DNA of 64,000 nucleotides from Octopus vulgaris (taxonomy: Eukaryota): assembly GCA_951406725.2 (NCBI GenBank), contig OX597816.1, positions 45,818,001-45,882,000 on the forward strand, in the 5' to 3' direction. Shown piece after piece: positions 13,108 through 25,599 of this stretch; within the stretch, counting starts at the first letter, position 1; each line of letters begins with the position of its first letter. The position numbers were made by a program, and so were the translations under genes. The notes below the pieces were generated by a model that was not told the DNA's origin, did not search any database, and saw only the letters and a list, made by a program, of their open reading frames with translations.

Positions 13108-13510
13108 ATAATCATCATTGTTTAACGGCTGCCTTCCATGCTGGAATGGGTCGGGCAGTTTCACAAGAGCTGGCCAAGCAGAAGACTGCACCATACTTCT
13201 GTGTTTTGGCATGGATTTTACAGCTGGATGGCCTTCCTAACACCAACCACCCTGCAGAGTGGGTTGAGTGCTTTTTATGTGGTATGAGCACAGTTGAAGA
13301 CAGTTTTGGCATGTTTTTTTACAACTGGATGCCCTTTCCAATGCCGACCACTTTACAGTGTGGACTGGGTGGTTTTTTAAGTAGCCCTAACACTGGGAGG
13401 GTCACCAAGTAACTTTGCAAGACAAGGAATCTTTGTGAGGGAAGGGAGCATTGGAGGAGGCGATCTTGTGTCAGATGATGAAAGGCTAGAGTGTGATAGC
13501 GAGACAGGAA
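13108..13510 (-). mobile_element. Older RTE LINE 3' end with internal duplication
   Basis: CTGGATGGCCTTCCTAACACCAACCAC and CTGGATGCCCTTTCCAATGCCGACCAC blocks in tandem. Confidence 0.7.
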
Positions 13511-13514
13511 CAGA

Positions 13515-13786
13515 TGGACTCTCCTGCCGTAATCAACAGATGAGAGTTCTGCAACTTCTTGCTGAACAACTTGTACAGGTGAGTTGTTGATAGAAATCAA
13601 ATGTTTGTGTTGCACATCAGCTTGCTCCCACCATCAAATCAACATTGCCTGTACAAGTGCATGGTGTGTTACATGTCAGATTTTGAAGTGATCACAGAGC
13701 AACATGAAATGAAGTGTTTTGCTCAAGAACACAATGTCTTACAATTTTGAGAGCAATAACTTAACTACTAAGGTATGTGCCTTCAC
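13515..13786 (-). mobile_element. SINE: body Y + tail T5
   Basis: GAAGGC head, GTGTTCTTGAGCAAAACACTTCATTTCATGTTGCTC body, tail unlike the other copies. Confidence 0.6.
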
Positions 13787-14980
13787 CTTTACCAGATTAA
13801 CCCAGATTAATCCAGCCACATCAGACCCAAATATTCTATGTGTTTCATGTTAAAACTAACCAGATCCAGCCTCTCATACCCACACTATAATGTCATTCTA
13901 GAAATATACAAGCATACTGTTGAAATCTTGAAGCTAAAAGATAATGCATGGTCAATTCAAAGCAATGTGAATAGATAAGCACTTCATTTGATAAAGAAAT
14001 CTGAATGCTAAAGACTTAAGACACCACACACACACAGTTAACTACCTTCAATCATTAGACTGCAGCCATGCTAAGGTACCACGTTCATTGATTTCATCAA
14101 TCATATTTGCTTTTGTATATATTCTTTTAAAATCTGGGACTTATTTTAACTGGTTGTGAGGTAAGAAGTTTGCTTTTCAACTTGTATGTTTCCAGGTTCA
14201 GTTGTAGTGCATGACATATTGGGCAAGTGTCTCCTATTATTGCTTGACCAAAGCCTTGAGTGTATTTGGTAGACGGAAACTGAAAGAAACCTGTCATACA
14301 TATGTGTGTATGTCACCACTGCTTGACACCAGTGTTGGTTAATTTATGTCCTCATAACACAATGGTTTGGGATATGAGACCAACAGGATAACTACCAGGC
14401 CTTAAAAAATAAGTACTGGGGTCATTCAATGAAAACCCTTCAAGGCAGTGCCTCAACATGGCTGCAGTTCAATTACTGAAACAAGATAGTAGATATATAG
14501 TGTGTGACACAAATTTAGAAACTTTGAGAGATAGGAAATAAATTATCTGAATGGTTGAACTTTAAGTACAGCCATAAATAATAGTAACTACTGGATGAAA
14601 AAATCCTTTGGACGGTAAAAACAATGGTTTCACTTTTAGCCACACATATGCACATATGGTGTGTTAACTTAGAAGCACTTCTGCATCTCTTTGATTAAAG
14701 AGGTAACTCAGAAAAAAATTCAGATAGTTCAATTGGTGGATCCAGCAGCATAAACAGAGTTAGCAAAACAGTTATTCACTTGTCTATGGTGCCCTAAAAA
14801 TCTGTGTATGTATCAAAAGGCATAATTGATACATATGGTACTATGTAATATTCAGTAAACAAAAGCAAATCAATAAATGAAAGTATCCAGCGGTGGTGCG
14901 CCAGCATGGCCGCGGCCTTCGGGCTAAAACATTTTTAAGGATTTATATCACAGTTAATGGACATTTTTCTTTTGTGTGTG

Positions 14981-15270
14981 TGGAGGCGCAATGGCAGCGG
15001 ACTTGCAATCGTAGGATCCACAATTTCGATTCCCAAAATGGGCGTTGTGTGTGTTTGAGCGAAAAACACCTAAAAGCTCCACGAGGCTCTGGTAGGGTGT
15101 AGGGGTGATCCCTGCTGTACTCTTTCACCACAACTTTCTCTCACTCTTTCTTCCGTTGACCTGCTCGCTTAGCCAGCGGAGTGGCATCATCGAAGGCTAA
15201 AACAATGCGAAGCGCATTGCGGCCAGCGATGTGTAGCAACCAACATTTGATAGCCTGGTCAGTCACGTGA
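14981..15270 (+). mobile_element. SINE: body X + tail T1
   Basis: TGGAGGCGCAATGG head, TTGAGCGAAAAACACCTAAAAGCTCCACGAGGCTC body, CCTGCTCGCTTAGCCAG...GTCACGTGA tail. Confidence 0.85.
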
Positions 15271-15297
15271 AATATATATATATATATATATATTCTA

Positions 15298-15531
15298 TAC
15301 TTTTATTAGTTTCAGTCATTTGACTGTGGCCGTGATGAAGCACTGCCTTGAACGGTTTTAGTCGAACAAACCGACCCCAGGATTTATTTTTTAAGCCTAG
15401 TACTTATTCTATCAGCCTCAACCTCCCCACCCTGACCAAACTGCTAAGTTACAGGAGCATAAACACACCAACACCAATTGTCAACCAGTGATAGGGTAAT
15501 AAGCACAGATGCAAAGACATGCGCACGCACG

Positions 15532-15581
<50 letters not shown>

Positions 15582-16045
15582 TGACAGGCTTCTTTCAGTT
15601 TCCATCTACCAAATCCACTCACCAGGTTTTGGTTAGCCCGAGGCTATAGTGGGCATCATTCACCCAAGGTGCCACACAGTGGAACTGAATCCAGAACCAT
15701 GTGGTTGGGAAGAAAGCTTCTTACCACACAGCCTTCTTCACCACATAATTCCAGGTTCAATCCCACCATGTGGTACCTTGAGTGTCTTCTATAGCTTTGT
15801 GATGATCCAAAATTCCTGAGTAGAAGTGGTCAGTGGAAACTGAAAGCAGTACATTGTGTTTGTTTGTGTGTGGGTGTGTGTGAATGCCACCCTCTCACTG
15901 CTTGGCAACCAAGTGTTGCCCCCCCCACCCGGACAATTTAGCAGGTTGCCAAAAATCAACTGATATAATACCAGGCTTAGAATACTGGGGTCAATTTGTT
16001 CCACTAAACCCTTCAAGTTAGTGCTCCAGCATGGCTACAATCCAG
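15298..16045. mobile_element. Head-to-head pair of family-A SINEs (- copy 15298-15733, + copy ~15735-16045)
   Basis: Consensus blocks present in both orientations. Confidence 0.75.
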
Positions 16046-16051
16046 GCACTA

Positions 16052-16085
<34 letters not shown>

Positions 16086-16262
16086 TTATATTGTGCCCTA
16101 TCCATTCGGCAATTAGATTTGTACCTAATTACACTATTCACTGCTTCTTTAAACACATTTGAGGAAGCTTTTTATTATATAATCTTATTTTATTCTTGAA
16201 ACAGCATATCAACAGAAGAAAAAAAGGTATTTGTTCTATCAGTGTTATAGAATACACAAACA

Positions 16263-16302
<40 letters not shown>

Positions 16303-17342
16303 AAAGAGAGAGAGATGAATGGAACTCCCTGATGGAGAACTAAAAATATTTAATGCTAAGAAAATGAAATTGTGCGTTAGAGATATAAAAAAAAAAAACT
16401 AAATTTATTTTGGTTTATTTATATTGAAATATGTATTTTTAGAGGTGGGGGAAGGGGACTTTTCTTCAGTGTAAGAGTTTATGAGTGAGGGAGAGAAGGG
16501 AAAGTGCGAATGAGTGAGTGAGCAAAAAGGAGGAGTAAAAATGAACAAAACAAAAAGAAAGAAATCAGGAAAAAAAAAAAGAAAAGGGGAAAAGAAAATA
16601 AGAATTCAGAAAAAAAATAAAATGATTGCCAAAGATAGAGAAAATGAAAGAAAAAACACACAGTGATAGAAAGAAAGAAAGAAAAATGTCAGGAAGCAAG
16701 CAAGAAAGAAAAGATGAATAAAAAAAAAGGTAAGAAAGAGGAAATAAGGTGAATATAAAAAAAAAAAAGAAAGTAAAAAATAAAACAAAATAATGAAAGC
16801 AGCATTCAAAGTTGGACAATATTTCTTCCATGACGTCATAATATATTTAGACTGGTGTTGTCTGAAAGAGGGGGAAATATTTGGCCCTTGGACACAAGTA
16901 TCAAAAAAAAAAAAAAAAAAAAAAAAAAATGACAAACACCATGGCAACTACCATTTTTCTGACTCACAGAGGAATTACTACCAAAGACACATTGTCAGGA
17001 AGCTGCTATATACAGGCACATCAATTCAACCAAAAGTAGCATTGGCAACGACAACGACGATGATGGTGTTGTTGTTATTGTTGTTAGTAACAGTGATGAT
17101 AATATATAGCTGAAATCACTCATAATTATGAATAATGTTATCAAACTTAATGAGTCCCAAATTATTCCAGATGAATTATCAGCCAATTTATTGTTATCAC
17201 ACGAAAAAAAAAGACTTCATCCCAAAGCAATTCACAGTAAGTGAACCCACTGTATTTATGAAATATACCTTTGGGCTGAACAAAGCTTTGTGAGTGAATA
17301 TGGGAGATGGAAACTGAAAGAAGCCTGTCGTGTATGTATGTA

Positions 17343-17409
<67 letters not shown>

Positions 17410-17540
17410 ATATATATGTTTGTGTATTTGTGTTTGTCCCTCCAACATCGCTTGCAAAACCATTGCTGGGGTGTTTGCATCCCCGTAACTTGGCAGTGCT
17501 CCAGCATGGCCACAGTGAAATGACTGAAACAAGTGAAAGA

Positions 17541-17571
<31 letters not shown>

Positions 17572-17579
17572 TGTGTATA

Positions 17580-17620
<41 letters not shown>

Positions 17621-18277
17621 ACAAAATTAGGGATAGATATGCCAATGACTTTCCTTCCCTCTCTTATTATAACTGACCAGCCATACATACATACAAGAAT
17701 TGCAGTGTTAAAATGCTTGTTTCCCAACCATGTGGACTTGGGTTTACTTACAATGCCCGGCACCTCAAGCAAATGACTTCTAATATGGCTTTGGGCTACC
17801 AAAACCATGAGTAGATTTGGCAGATGGAGCTGAAAAGAATCTCATTTTTGTGTGAGTACGCACATGCACATGTATGCCCATGACCCAAGTGGGCACAAGA
17901 AAGAGTGTGTGAGAGATAGGCAGACTGACAGAGCATATGTGAGTGTGTGTGTAGAGAGAGAGAGAGAGATTTGAACTAAAGTTCATATGAAACTTGGAGG
18001 TCCATATAAGATTTTGTTAAAAATTTCATCATCATTAACAGCATTATTTAATATTCATCTTCCATGCTGGCATTGACTGGATAGTTTCACAGGAGCCAGC
18101 AAGCCCTAGGACTACACCAAGCTCTACTATCTGCTTTGGCATGGATTTTACTGCTGGATGCCCTTCCTAACACCAACTACTTTGCTAAAATTCATATGGA
18201 ATAAATTATTTATACTGCTACAGTACACAAAACATGCAAATTTTTTTATACAATTCCAAATAATTTTTTAATATGTT

Positions 18278-18508
18278 TTAACCCTATAGCACATAAATCT
18301 GCCATTTCAATCCAAAATATTCTACTGGTTTTATCATTGAACCAGCCAGATCTGGCCTGTCATATCTACCCAACAATGCCATTCTAATATTTGAGAGCTA
18401 CATCATCACAATCTCAAAGCTGCAAAATAATGCATGGTGGCTAATTCAAAGCGTCATGAATATATACACATCACATCTGGCAGAGTAATCTGAATGTTAA
18501 GAGGTTAA
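18278..18508 (-). mobile_element. TTAA-flanked MITE (family M1)
   Basis: TTAACCCT...GAGGTTAA ends; reverse complement of 44871-45100; similar copies at ~13797-14018 and 47515-47742. Confidence 0.75.
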
Positions 18509-18780
18509 ACAATGAATGACTATGAAGTTTCACCCAAGTATGACAGGAATCAGAAAGAAACCATAAGTAAAAAATGGTTAAGAAGCACTGATACAGAGGA
18601 ATAAAGTTTATTTGTGATCACAAGGACCTTCTGGGATTGATCTCACCGCGTGGCATCGTTGGCAAGCATTCTCTACCGTAGCCTCAGATCAACCGAAGTG
18701 TTGTCAGTGAAACTGGATGGACGGAAATTGTGTGGAAACCTCTCAGATGGACTGTAGCGGTAATCAAATGAACTAGCCTG

Positions 18781-19030
18781 GTGAAGGCCTGTAGCTTAGT
18801 GAGTAGGGAGTTGAACTCATGATCGTTAGGTTGTGGTTTCGATTCCTGGACCAGGAGATGCGTTGTGTTCTTGAGCAAAACATTTCATTTTCACGTTGCT
18901 CCAGTCCACTCAGCTGGCAAAAATGAGTAATTCTGTGATGGACCGGTGTCCCGTCCAAGTGGGGAATTTCTATGCCACTGAAACCGGGAAACCAACCCTT
19001 ATGAGCCTGGTATGGTTCGAGAAGGAACAG
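18781..19030 (+). mobile_element. SINE: body Y + tail T3, followed by a T2-like segment to ~19165
   Basis: GTGAAGGC head, GGTTTCGATTCC B box, GTGTTCTTGAGCAAAAC body, GATGGACCGGTGTCCCGTCC...GAAACCGGGAAA...GAGAAGGAAC tail. Confidence 0.8.
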
Positions 19031-20486
19031 CTAGCCTTGTCACACAATGGTGACAAACAATTCTGTTTGAGAACAACATTAAGTGTACACATAAGTCTGT
19101 GGAATACTCTGTCGTTTACATGCAAACTTAACGAGCAGGTAGTTCAGTTGATCAAACAAATGAATGCACAGTGTTGAAACATATACCCCACACACACGTG
19201 CATGCATGCACACATATATATATACAAAAGTGTTGTAGAAAAGTTTAATACAGAGAATGAAGTAGCATTCATTATTTACTCCCTGCAGAAACACACAGAC
19301 ACACACACACACCACTTTCAACACTTAAGCTACATTATATAGATGACAAGTGATGTCATCACCTTCAGTCCTAGTCAGTAATCCTTCTCTCTCTCTCTTT
19401 CCAAATACAATGCAAAGTACCACTTATGACCATTAATCTTCAAGCAAAAAAGAAATATGGATAAGAATATCTATTCAGTCGAGGGATCTTTCCAGTCAAA
19501 GGTCACAAAAAAAAAATTATAATAAACAATTTATTGTTCTGAAAAACAAAGATTTATAAAGTTTAAAAAAAAAAAAATTGCTGTATGGTTAGAAAAATTG
19601 TTGAAGTATGTAAGGTTAAGCTTAAATATAGGCCATTCATCCTGTCTGGCTGTGTAAGTAAGAAGCTTACTTTTTAATCACATCGACCTGAGTTCAGTTC
19701 TACTGCGCTTTACCTTGAGCAAACCACTATGTTACAGGGACATAATAAGCCAACAATGGTAGTCAAGAAATGGGGTGTGAGAAGAGACACCAAGACACAT
19801 GCACGCAAATACATTATTTATATACACACACAAAGGGCTTCCACACAGTTTCTGTTTACTGCATTCACTCACAAGGCATTGGTTAGTCTGGGGCTATAGA
19901 AGAAGAAAGACACTTGCTCAAGGTATCATATAGTGGGACTGGAAACTAAAATCATATGATTGCAAAGTAAGCTGCTTAACCACACAGCCATGGTGCAAGG
20001 AGAGAAAGTGACTAATACTAAATGTGTTTAACTAGTGTGTGTGTGTGTGTGTGTGTGCATGCCTAGGTCTGTGTTGTGTCTGTTTACATATGTGCTTCTT
20101 TGTAAGCACATATGTAAACATATGCTGAGCGACAAGTGTTGGTGATGTTGTCATTTCCCCCCTCAATAAATCATTCATTAACCTTGCACCTTCAAAGATA
20201 TAGAAAGAAGAGAGATCCATTGTTGATAAAACAATGGGCATGTGGCTGTAAAACAATGCCTCAGCAATATATTCACCAGACCCATGCTAGCATAGAAAAG
20301 CAGACAAAGACAAACAAAATGAACTAAGAATAATTCTTTTTTTTTTTTTTTTTGGAGTTGATTCTCAAAGTACATAAAAAGCTACAAGTAATTTATTATT
20401 AACAATTCATTATCTATAGCTTCATATGTACTTCGAAAATCGATACTTAAAAAGAATTATAAATTCTTATGCCATCAACAAAGGAA

Positions 20487-20543
<57 letters not shown>

Positions 20544-20546
20544 ATA

Positions 20547-20703
20547 GGCGCAGGAGTGGATGTGTAGCAAGTAGCTTGCTTACCGACCACATGGCTCCAG
20601 GTTCAGTTCCACAGTGTGGCACTTTTGGCAAGTGTCTTCTACTATAGCCTCAGGCCAACCAAAGCCTTATGCGTGGATTTGGTAGATGGAAACTGAAAGA
20701 AGC

Positions 20704-20746
<43 letters not shown>

Positions 20747-20958
20747 ATTTGTGTGTGTCTGTCTGTCTGTGCTTGTCCCCCTACCATCGCCTGACAACCA
20801 ATGGTGGTGTGTTTACATCCCCATAACTTAGCGGTTCAGCAAAAGGGACCGATAGAATAAGTAGTATGCTTACAAAGAATAAGTCCTAACATCGATTTGT
20901 TCGACTAAAGGCAGTGCTCCAGCATGACCACAATCAAAAGACTGAAACAAATAAAATA
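20547..20958 (+). mobile_element. Full-length family-A (CORE-like) tRNA SINE
   Basis: GGCGCAGGAGTGG head, GGTTCAGTTCC B box, CACTTTTGGCAAGT core-like motif, internal (TA)(TG) tract, GACTGAAACAA tail. Confidence 0.9.
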
Positions 20959-20995
20959 ATGTGTGTGTGTGTGTGTGTGTGCATATATATATATA

Positions 20996-21377
20996 CTAGC
21001 AGCATAGCCCGGCGTTGCCCGGGTATGTAAGAGCCCCTAGTAGGCAACGACTAATCCCAATCTAGTTCTTTCCCTCTAGGGAACGAAGGCGCATGTGTAG
21101 GTTGCAACGTCTTCTCTTCACTCGAACACTTCTATGTATACGATGTTCCTAGCTGTCTCCCGACAGAAAATGTGTTGCATATAAAAGCTTAGATTCTCGA
21201 CCCCATGTCGAATATATCGATTTTTTTCAAAACTGGGGGAACTTTTCAAAATTTTCGCTGCGTTAGTTTTGAATTATGACATTGGGCTATGTGTGTGTCA
21301 AGTTTCATCAGAATCGGTTGAAAGCCGTGGTCAGGGTGAGGGTACAACCTGACAGACACACAGACCGACAAACTGCC

Positions 21378-21395
<18 letters not shown>
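20996..21395 (-). mobile_element. Non-autonomous Helitron (Lep1-like architecture)
   Basis: Minus strand starts in (TA)n/ATATATAAA, has a CTGT-type microsatellite, and ends with GC hairpin CCCGGGCAACGCCGGG (21008-21023) then CTAG|T at 20996; no TSD. Confidence 0.8.
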
Positions 21396-21419
<24 letters not shown>

Positions 21420-22044
21420 AAATTTTATTTGTTTCAGTCTTATATATATACACACACACGTATTCGTGCATGTGTTAGTTCATGATAGCATTAGTTAGAA
21501 CCAGGAGAAATGTAACTACACAGAGTAGAAGAGACTAAACTAGAAAGCAAACAAACATCAAGTAAACATACAGAAAATAAAATGAATTGCTTTGAAAAAA
21601 ATTAATTACTGCATCCAAAAGTACATCTTAATTGCGACAGTAAATTACCTGAAAGGGGGGAGGGGAAAAGATGAAGTGATGGAGATATGTGCATGTATGA
21701 ACACATGCACACATTTTCTTGTTATTTAGCCTGAGGTAATACCTGACTGAGCAGACTTAGGATCAAAGAGATTCCACCTTGATTCTCCTAATTATTTCTT
21801 AGCATTGTGTTTCTCGGATTACATTATCCAATGTGTCTCTTACACCTCCTTTGTAAAGATGGATACATGGTTAAGAATTTCACTTTGCAACCATGTAGTT
21901 TTAGGTTCAGTCCCTATGTGCAGAACTTTGGGCAAGTGCCTTCTACTGCAGACGATGCCAACCGATGCCTTCTGAGTGGATTTGGTAAATGGAAAACTGT
22001 ATAAAAAGCCCATCGTGTATATATGTGTGCCTTTGTATTCACCC

Positions 22045-22415
22045 TCATCATCATCGTTGTTCGACCGTGGTCAGACAATGGAATTTACCATGCTACGCCA
22101 GACTTCACGGTCCATCATGGCACTACGGAGGTCCTGTTGCTGGATGCCTGTATCCCTGGAGATTACATCAGGGTAGGAGAGTGTGCGCCCTCTGGTATTG
22201 CGAGTAGATGGCTTCCAGAGGAGAAGAGTAGAAATTACCTCTTTTTCAGCTCTACAACAATGTCCAGCAAACTGGACTCTCCTACCTTTCACAAGAGATG
22301 ACACAGGTGGTAGTTTCCCATATATTTGCATTTTGGTTGGATGGCGCCTCCACAAGAGATTTTGAGCTCTCATAAGGAGGCGAGTGTAAGTTCCATCCAA
22401 CCGCCTCTCAAACCA
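22045..22415 (-). mobile_element. RTE-clade LINE 3' fragment inserted in a family-A SINE (host ~21865-22600)
   Basis: ORF 22071-22505: RRLDGTYTRLLMRAQN...RRVQFAGHC...DREVWR; (GAT)n tail. Confidence 0.88.
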
Positions 22416-22671
22416 CTCATACCACTGCTCGACATCCAATGCTGGTTTGCTTACATCCCCATAACTTAGCATTTTGGCCAAAGAGATTAACAGAATAGGA
22501 ACCAAACTTTAAAAATAAGTCCTGAGATCGATTCGTGTCACTAAAACCCTTCGAAGCAGTGTCCTAGTGTGGCCGCAGTCCAATGATTGAAACAAGTAAA
22601 AGCTACAAGATACATATTCACATATATTACATACACACTCACACATATATATTACATGCATATATCAAAAT

Positions 22672-22944
22672 AAATGTTCAGATTAGACGAAGGAAATGGA
22701 GAGGGATCGGGGACACACTGCAGAAAGAACCCTCAAATGTGACACGACAAGCACTTGACTGGAACCCGCAGGGGTAAAAGGAAGTGAGGACGTCCGAAGC
22801 AGACATGGAAGCAGAGCATTTTGGATGAGCTCAGGACCACCGGCCTAACATGGGAAGCAGCCAAGAAACATGCCAATGACCGCAAAAAGTGGAAAACAAT
22901 GGCTGAGGCCCTATGCTCCACAAGGGGCAAAAAGAATTAAAAGA
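22672..22944 (+). mobile_element. RTE-clade LINE 3' fragment (different family)
   Basis: IRRRKWRGIGDTL..TRQALDWNPQG/..GRPKQTW..TWEAAKKHANDRKKW..ALCS; 10-bp TSD ATATCAAAAT at 22662-22671 and 22945-22954. Confidence 0.88.
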
Positions 22945-24332
22945 ATATCAAAATGAGCAAACTGGTACATGACCTGCAAGAAATGACAGTCATACCTTCC
23001 TCAAATCACACTTGCATTTTAAAAGTGAAAGGGCCCATTAGATAAAGTAATCCAAGATACATAATGCCTGGAAAAATAAACTAATATGTTCACCTGGGGC
23101 TAAAACAAAAACAACAACAACATATGGAAGATAGACAATCAAGCATCAAGAGACATCTTGATAACAAGCTGACAATGTGTACTTAACAACCACAATGGTT
23201 TCTGAACACACACGAACACAGTTATTAAATTACTCATAGCAACTTCCATAATTATCAAAAACCACGACCAACCCATACCGATGTTTCAATGCTGTTACCA
23301 CCACCAAAACCATCACCACTACTACATCTTTACAATTTGTCGCCAAAATTATTACCACCACCACCACCACCATTACTACAGCTATAATTACCATAAACCC
23401 CTACCACACTATCACCCTCCCTCCTCCACTTTCTACAATAGCACCAACATAATGGATACCATCACCACTGCAACAACCAATCAACAAACCGGCACATGGC
23501 CACAACAATAACCACCTCAAACCTAAGACAATGATAAACACATCATCATCATCACCATCAACATCACCATAATGATATATACCATTCTCCTTGCACACCA
23601 GCAGCGCTATCATGCCAGAGGCATCGAAATATTCCCATCACCCCAGCTCCATCACCACCACATCATTTCATCTACCATTAAACTACTACTCTTTGTCCAA
23701 CAATTCCAACACCAGAATCATAAACTGCAATCGCATATAGAATCAAATAAATCTAGGCACAGACCATCATGACTACCACTACCACCATCATCATCATCAT
23801 CATCACCACGATAGTTAATCACAAATATCGTAACTCTTTAAGAATAATCTCATCTGCAATACCGACAACACCTCCAAACTAAGAAGACAGCTAGGGAAGA
23901 AAATGTCAGCTGGTGACCCCCATCCACCCCCTCCTCCCTCCTACAAGTCAAAACAAAGATCACAATCCAGAAATTGGTCTATTTCTTAATTAGTTCATTA
24001 TTAGAAATTTTCAGTAAACCATGCACAGTCACTCGATGTTAATTAGTAATCATCTATCTGCAGCAGATTTAGTTCATATAACGGTAAATGCTAATAATAT
24101 AATTAACCAATGGTAACTAACTAACTACAATTAATAACTTATTTGTGACAACCATTCAGAATAGCAACTATAGTACATAGGCAGTATTATTAACAATCTA
24201 TAATGCCCCCCCACACACACACACACACACACACATGCAGAGGTAATTGTATTTATTAATACATTCTTTAATTTGTTTCAGTCATTAGACAGCAGCCATG
24301 CTGAGGACATCGCTGCAAATAAATAAAACTAA

Positions 24333-24538
24333 TCACGTGACCAACCAGGATATCAGATGTTACACATTGCTGCTCACAATGCGCTTTTGCGTTGTTGTTT
24401 TAACATTCAAATGACGCCACCCCACTGGCTAGGCGAGCAGGCCAACAATCCCCACAGATCAAAGGAGGACTGGAGCAATGTGAAATGGATCTGCTAATCA
24501 TGAGTGCCATAGCCTAACCACTAGGCCAGTCACCTTCA
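24333..24538 (-). mobile_element. SINE: shortened body Y + tail T1
   Basis: Minus strand TGAAGG..CCTAGTGGTTAGG head, ATTTCACATTGCTCCAGTCC body, GGCCTGCTCGCCTAGCCAG...GGTCACGTGA tail. Confidence 0.72.
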
Positions 24539-24744
24539 CAAATAACTAATATAAGAAATAAATTATGATCCTTCTTCTTCTTCTTATTATTATTATTATT
24601 ATTATCATCATCTTATTATAATGATTATTATTATTATTTAGCAGTCTTACTTTTATAACATGCTTTCACTGTCCTACCAAGTGCAGCTCTGTATACCTTG
24701 GGGACGTGCTGTGGTTTGTTGTGATGCTCTTACTTTCATTCGAA

Positions 24745-25044
24745 TGTGGCCAATACCTGTACCCCCTGCTTGGTTCCCGTGCCGGTGGCATATAAAAAGC
24801 ATTATCCAAACGTGAACGATGCTAGGCCTGCCTGACTGACTGGCTGGCTCCTGTGCCAGTGGCACATAAAAAGCACCCACTACACTCTTGGAATGGTTGG
24901 AGTTAGGAAGAGCACCCAGCTGAAGAAACATTGTCAGATCAGATTGGATCCTGGTGCAGCCACTGCCTCTCCAGATCTCAGTCAAACTCATCCAACACAT
25001 GCCAGCATGGAAAACAGACATTAAACAATGCTGATGATGATGAT
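24745..25044 (+). mobile_element. RTE LINE 3' end
   Basis: GTGGCACATAAAAAGCACCCACTACAC..., (GAT)n tail. Confidence 0.8.
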
Positions 25045-25069
25045 GTGTGTGTGTTGCTTAGTAGTGCTT

Positions 25070-25430
25070 AGTAGAGCTGTTTTCTGTAGGTTATATACTC
25101 GTGTTAGTCCTGATGTTTCAGTTATGTATTTGAATATTTTTTTTATCATATCTCATGTACCTACTATGATAAGAATTATTTTTAGGCTCCACATTCGAGT
25201 TACCTCTATTTCCACGTCTGTATTTTGGTAAGTTTTTCCACTTCTTTCAGAGAAACATTGTCATCTGTTGCTATTGATATGATTAGATAGTTTTTTTTTC
25301 TTTCTTGATGATCTCTGACAACTATATCTGGCCTGTTGTCCTTAATTTCTCTGTGTGTATTGGCATATCCCATAGTATGGTTGCTTTCTCATTTTCTGTG
25401 ACCTTTCCTGACATGTACCTATATACCATC
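25070..25430 (-). mobile_element. R4/Dong-like non-LTR retrotransposon fragment (restriction-like endonuclease domain)
   Basis: Frame-shifted translation ENEKATILWDMPIHT../NRPDIVVRD../DDNVSLKEVEKL../EVTRMWSLK..IIVG../LQKTALLS; abuts (TAT/TAC)n. Confidence 0.85.
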
Positions 25431-25442
25431 ATTCTTTTTTTT

Positions 25443-25565
25443 TATTATTATTATTACTATTATTATTACTATTACTATTATTATCATTACTATTACTATT
25501 ATTACTATTACTATTATTACTATTACTATTATTAATATTACTATTATTACTATTACTATTATTAC

Positions 25566-25599
<34 letters not shown>
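25443..25599. repeat. (TAT)n/(TATTAC)n microsatellite
   Basis: Direct reading. Confidence 0.95.

Noticed and set aside
23260-23810. His/Thr-rich ORFs (also 50309-50581)
   Set aside because: Degenerate (CAC)/(CAT) low-complexity sequence without supported splice structure
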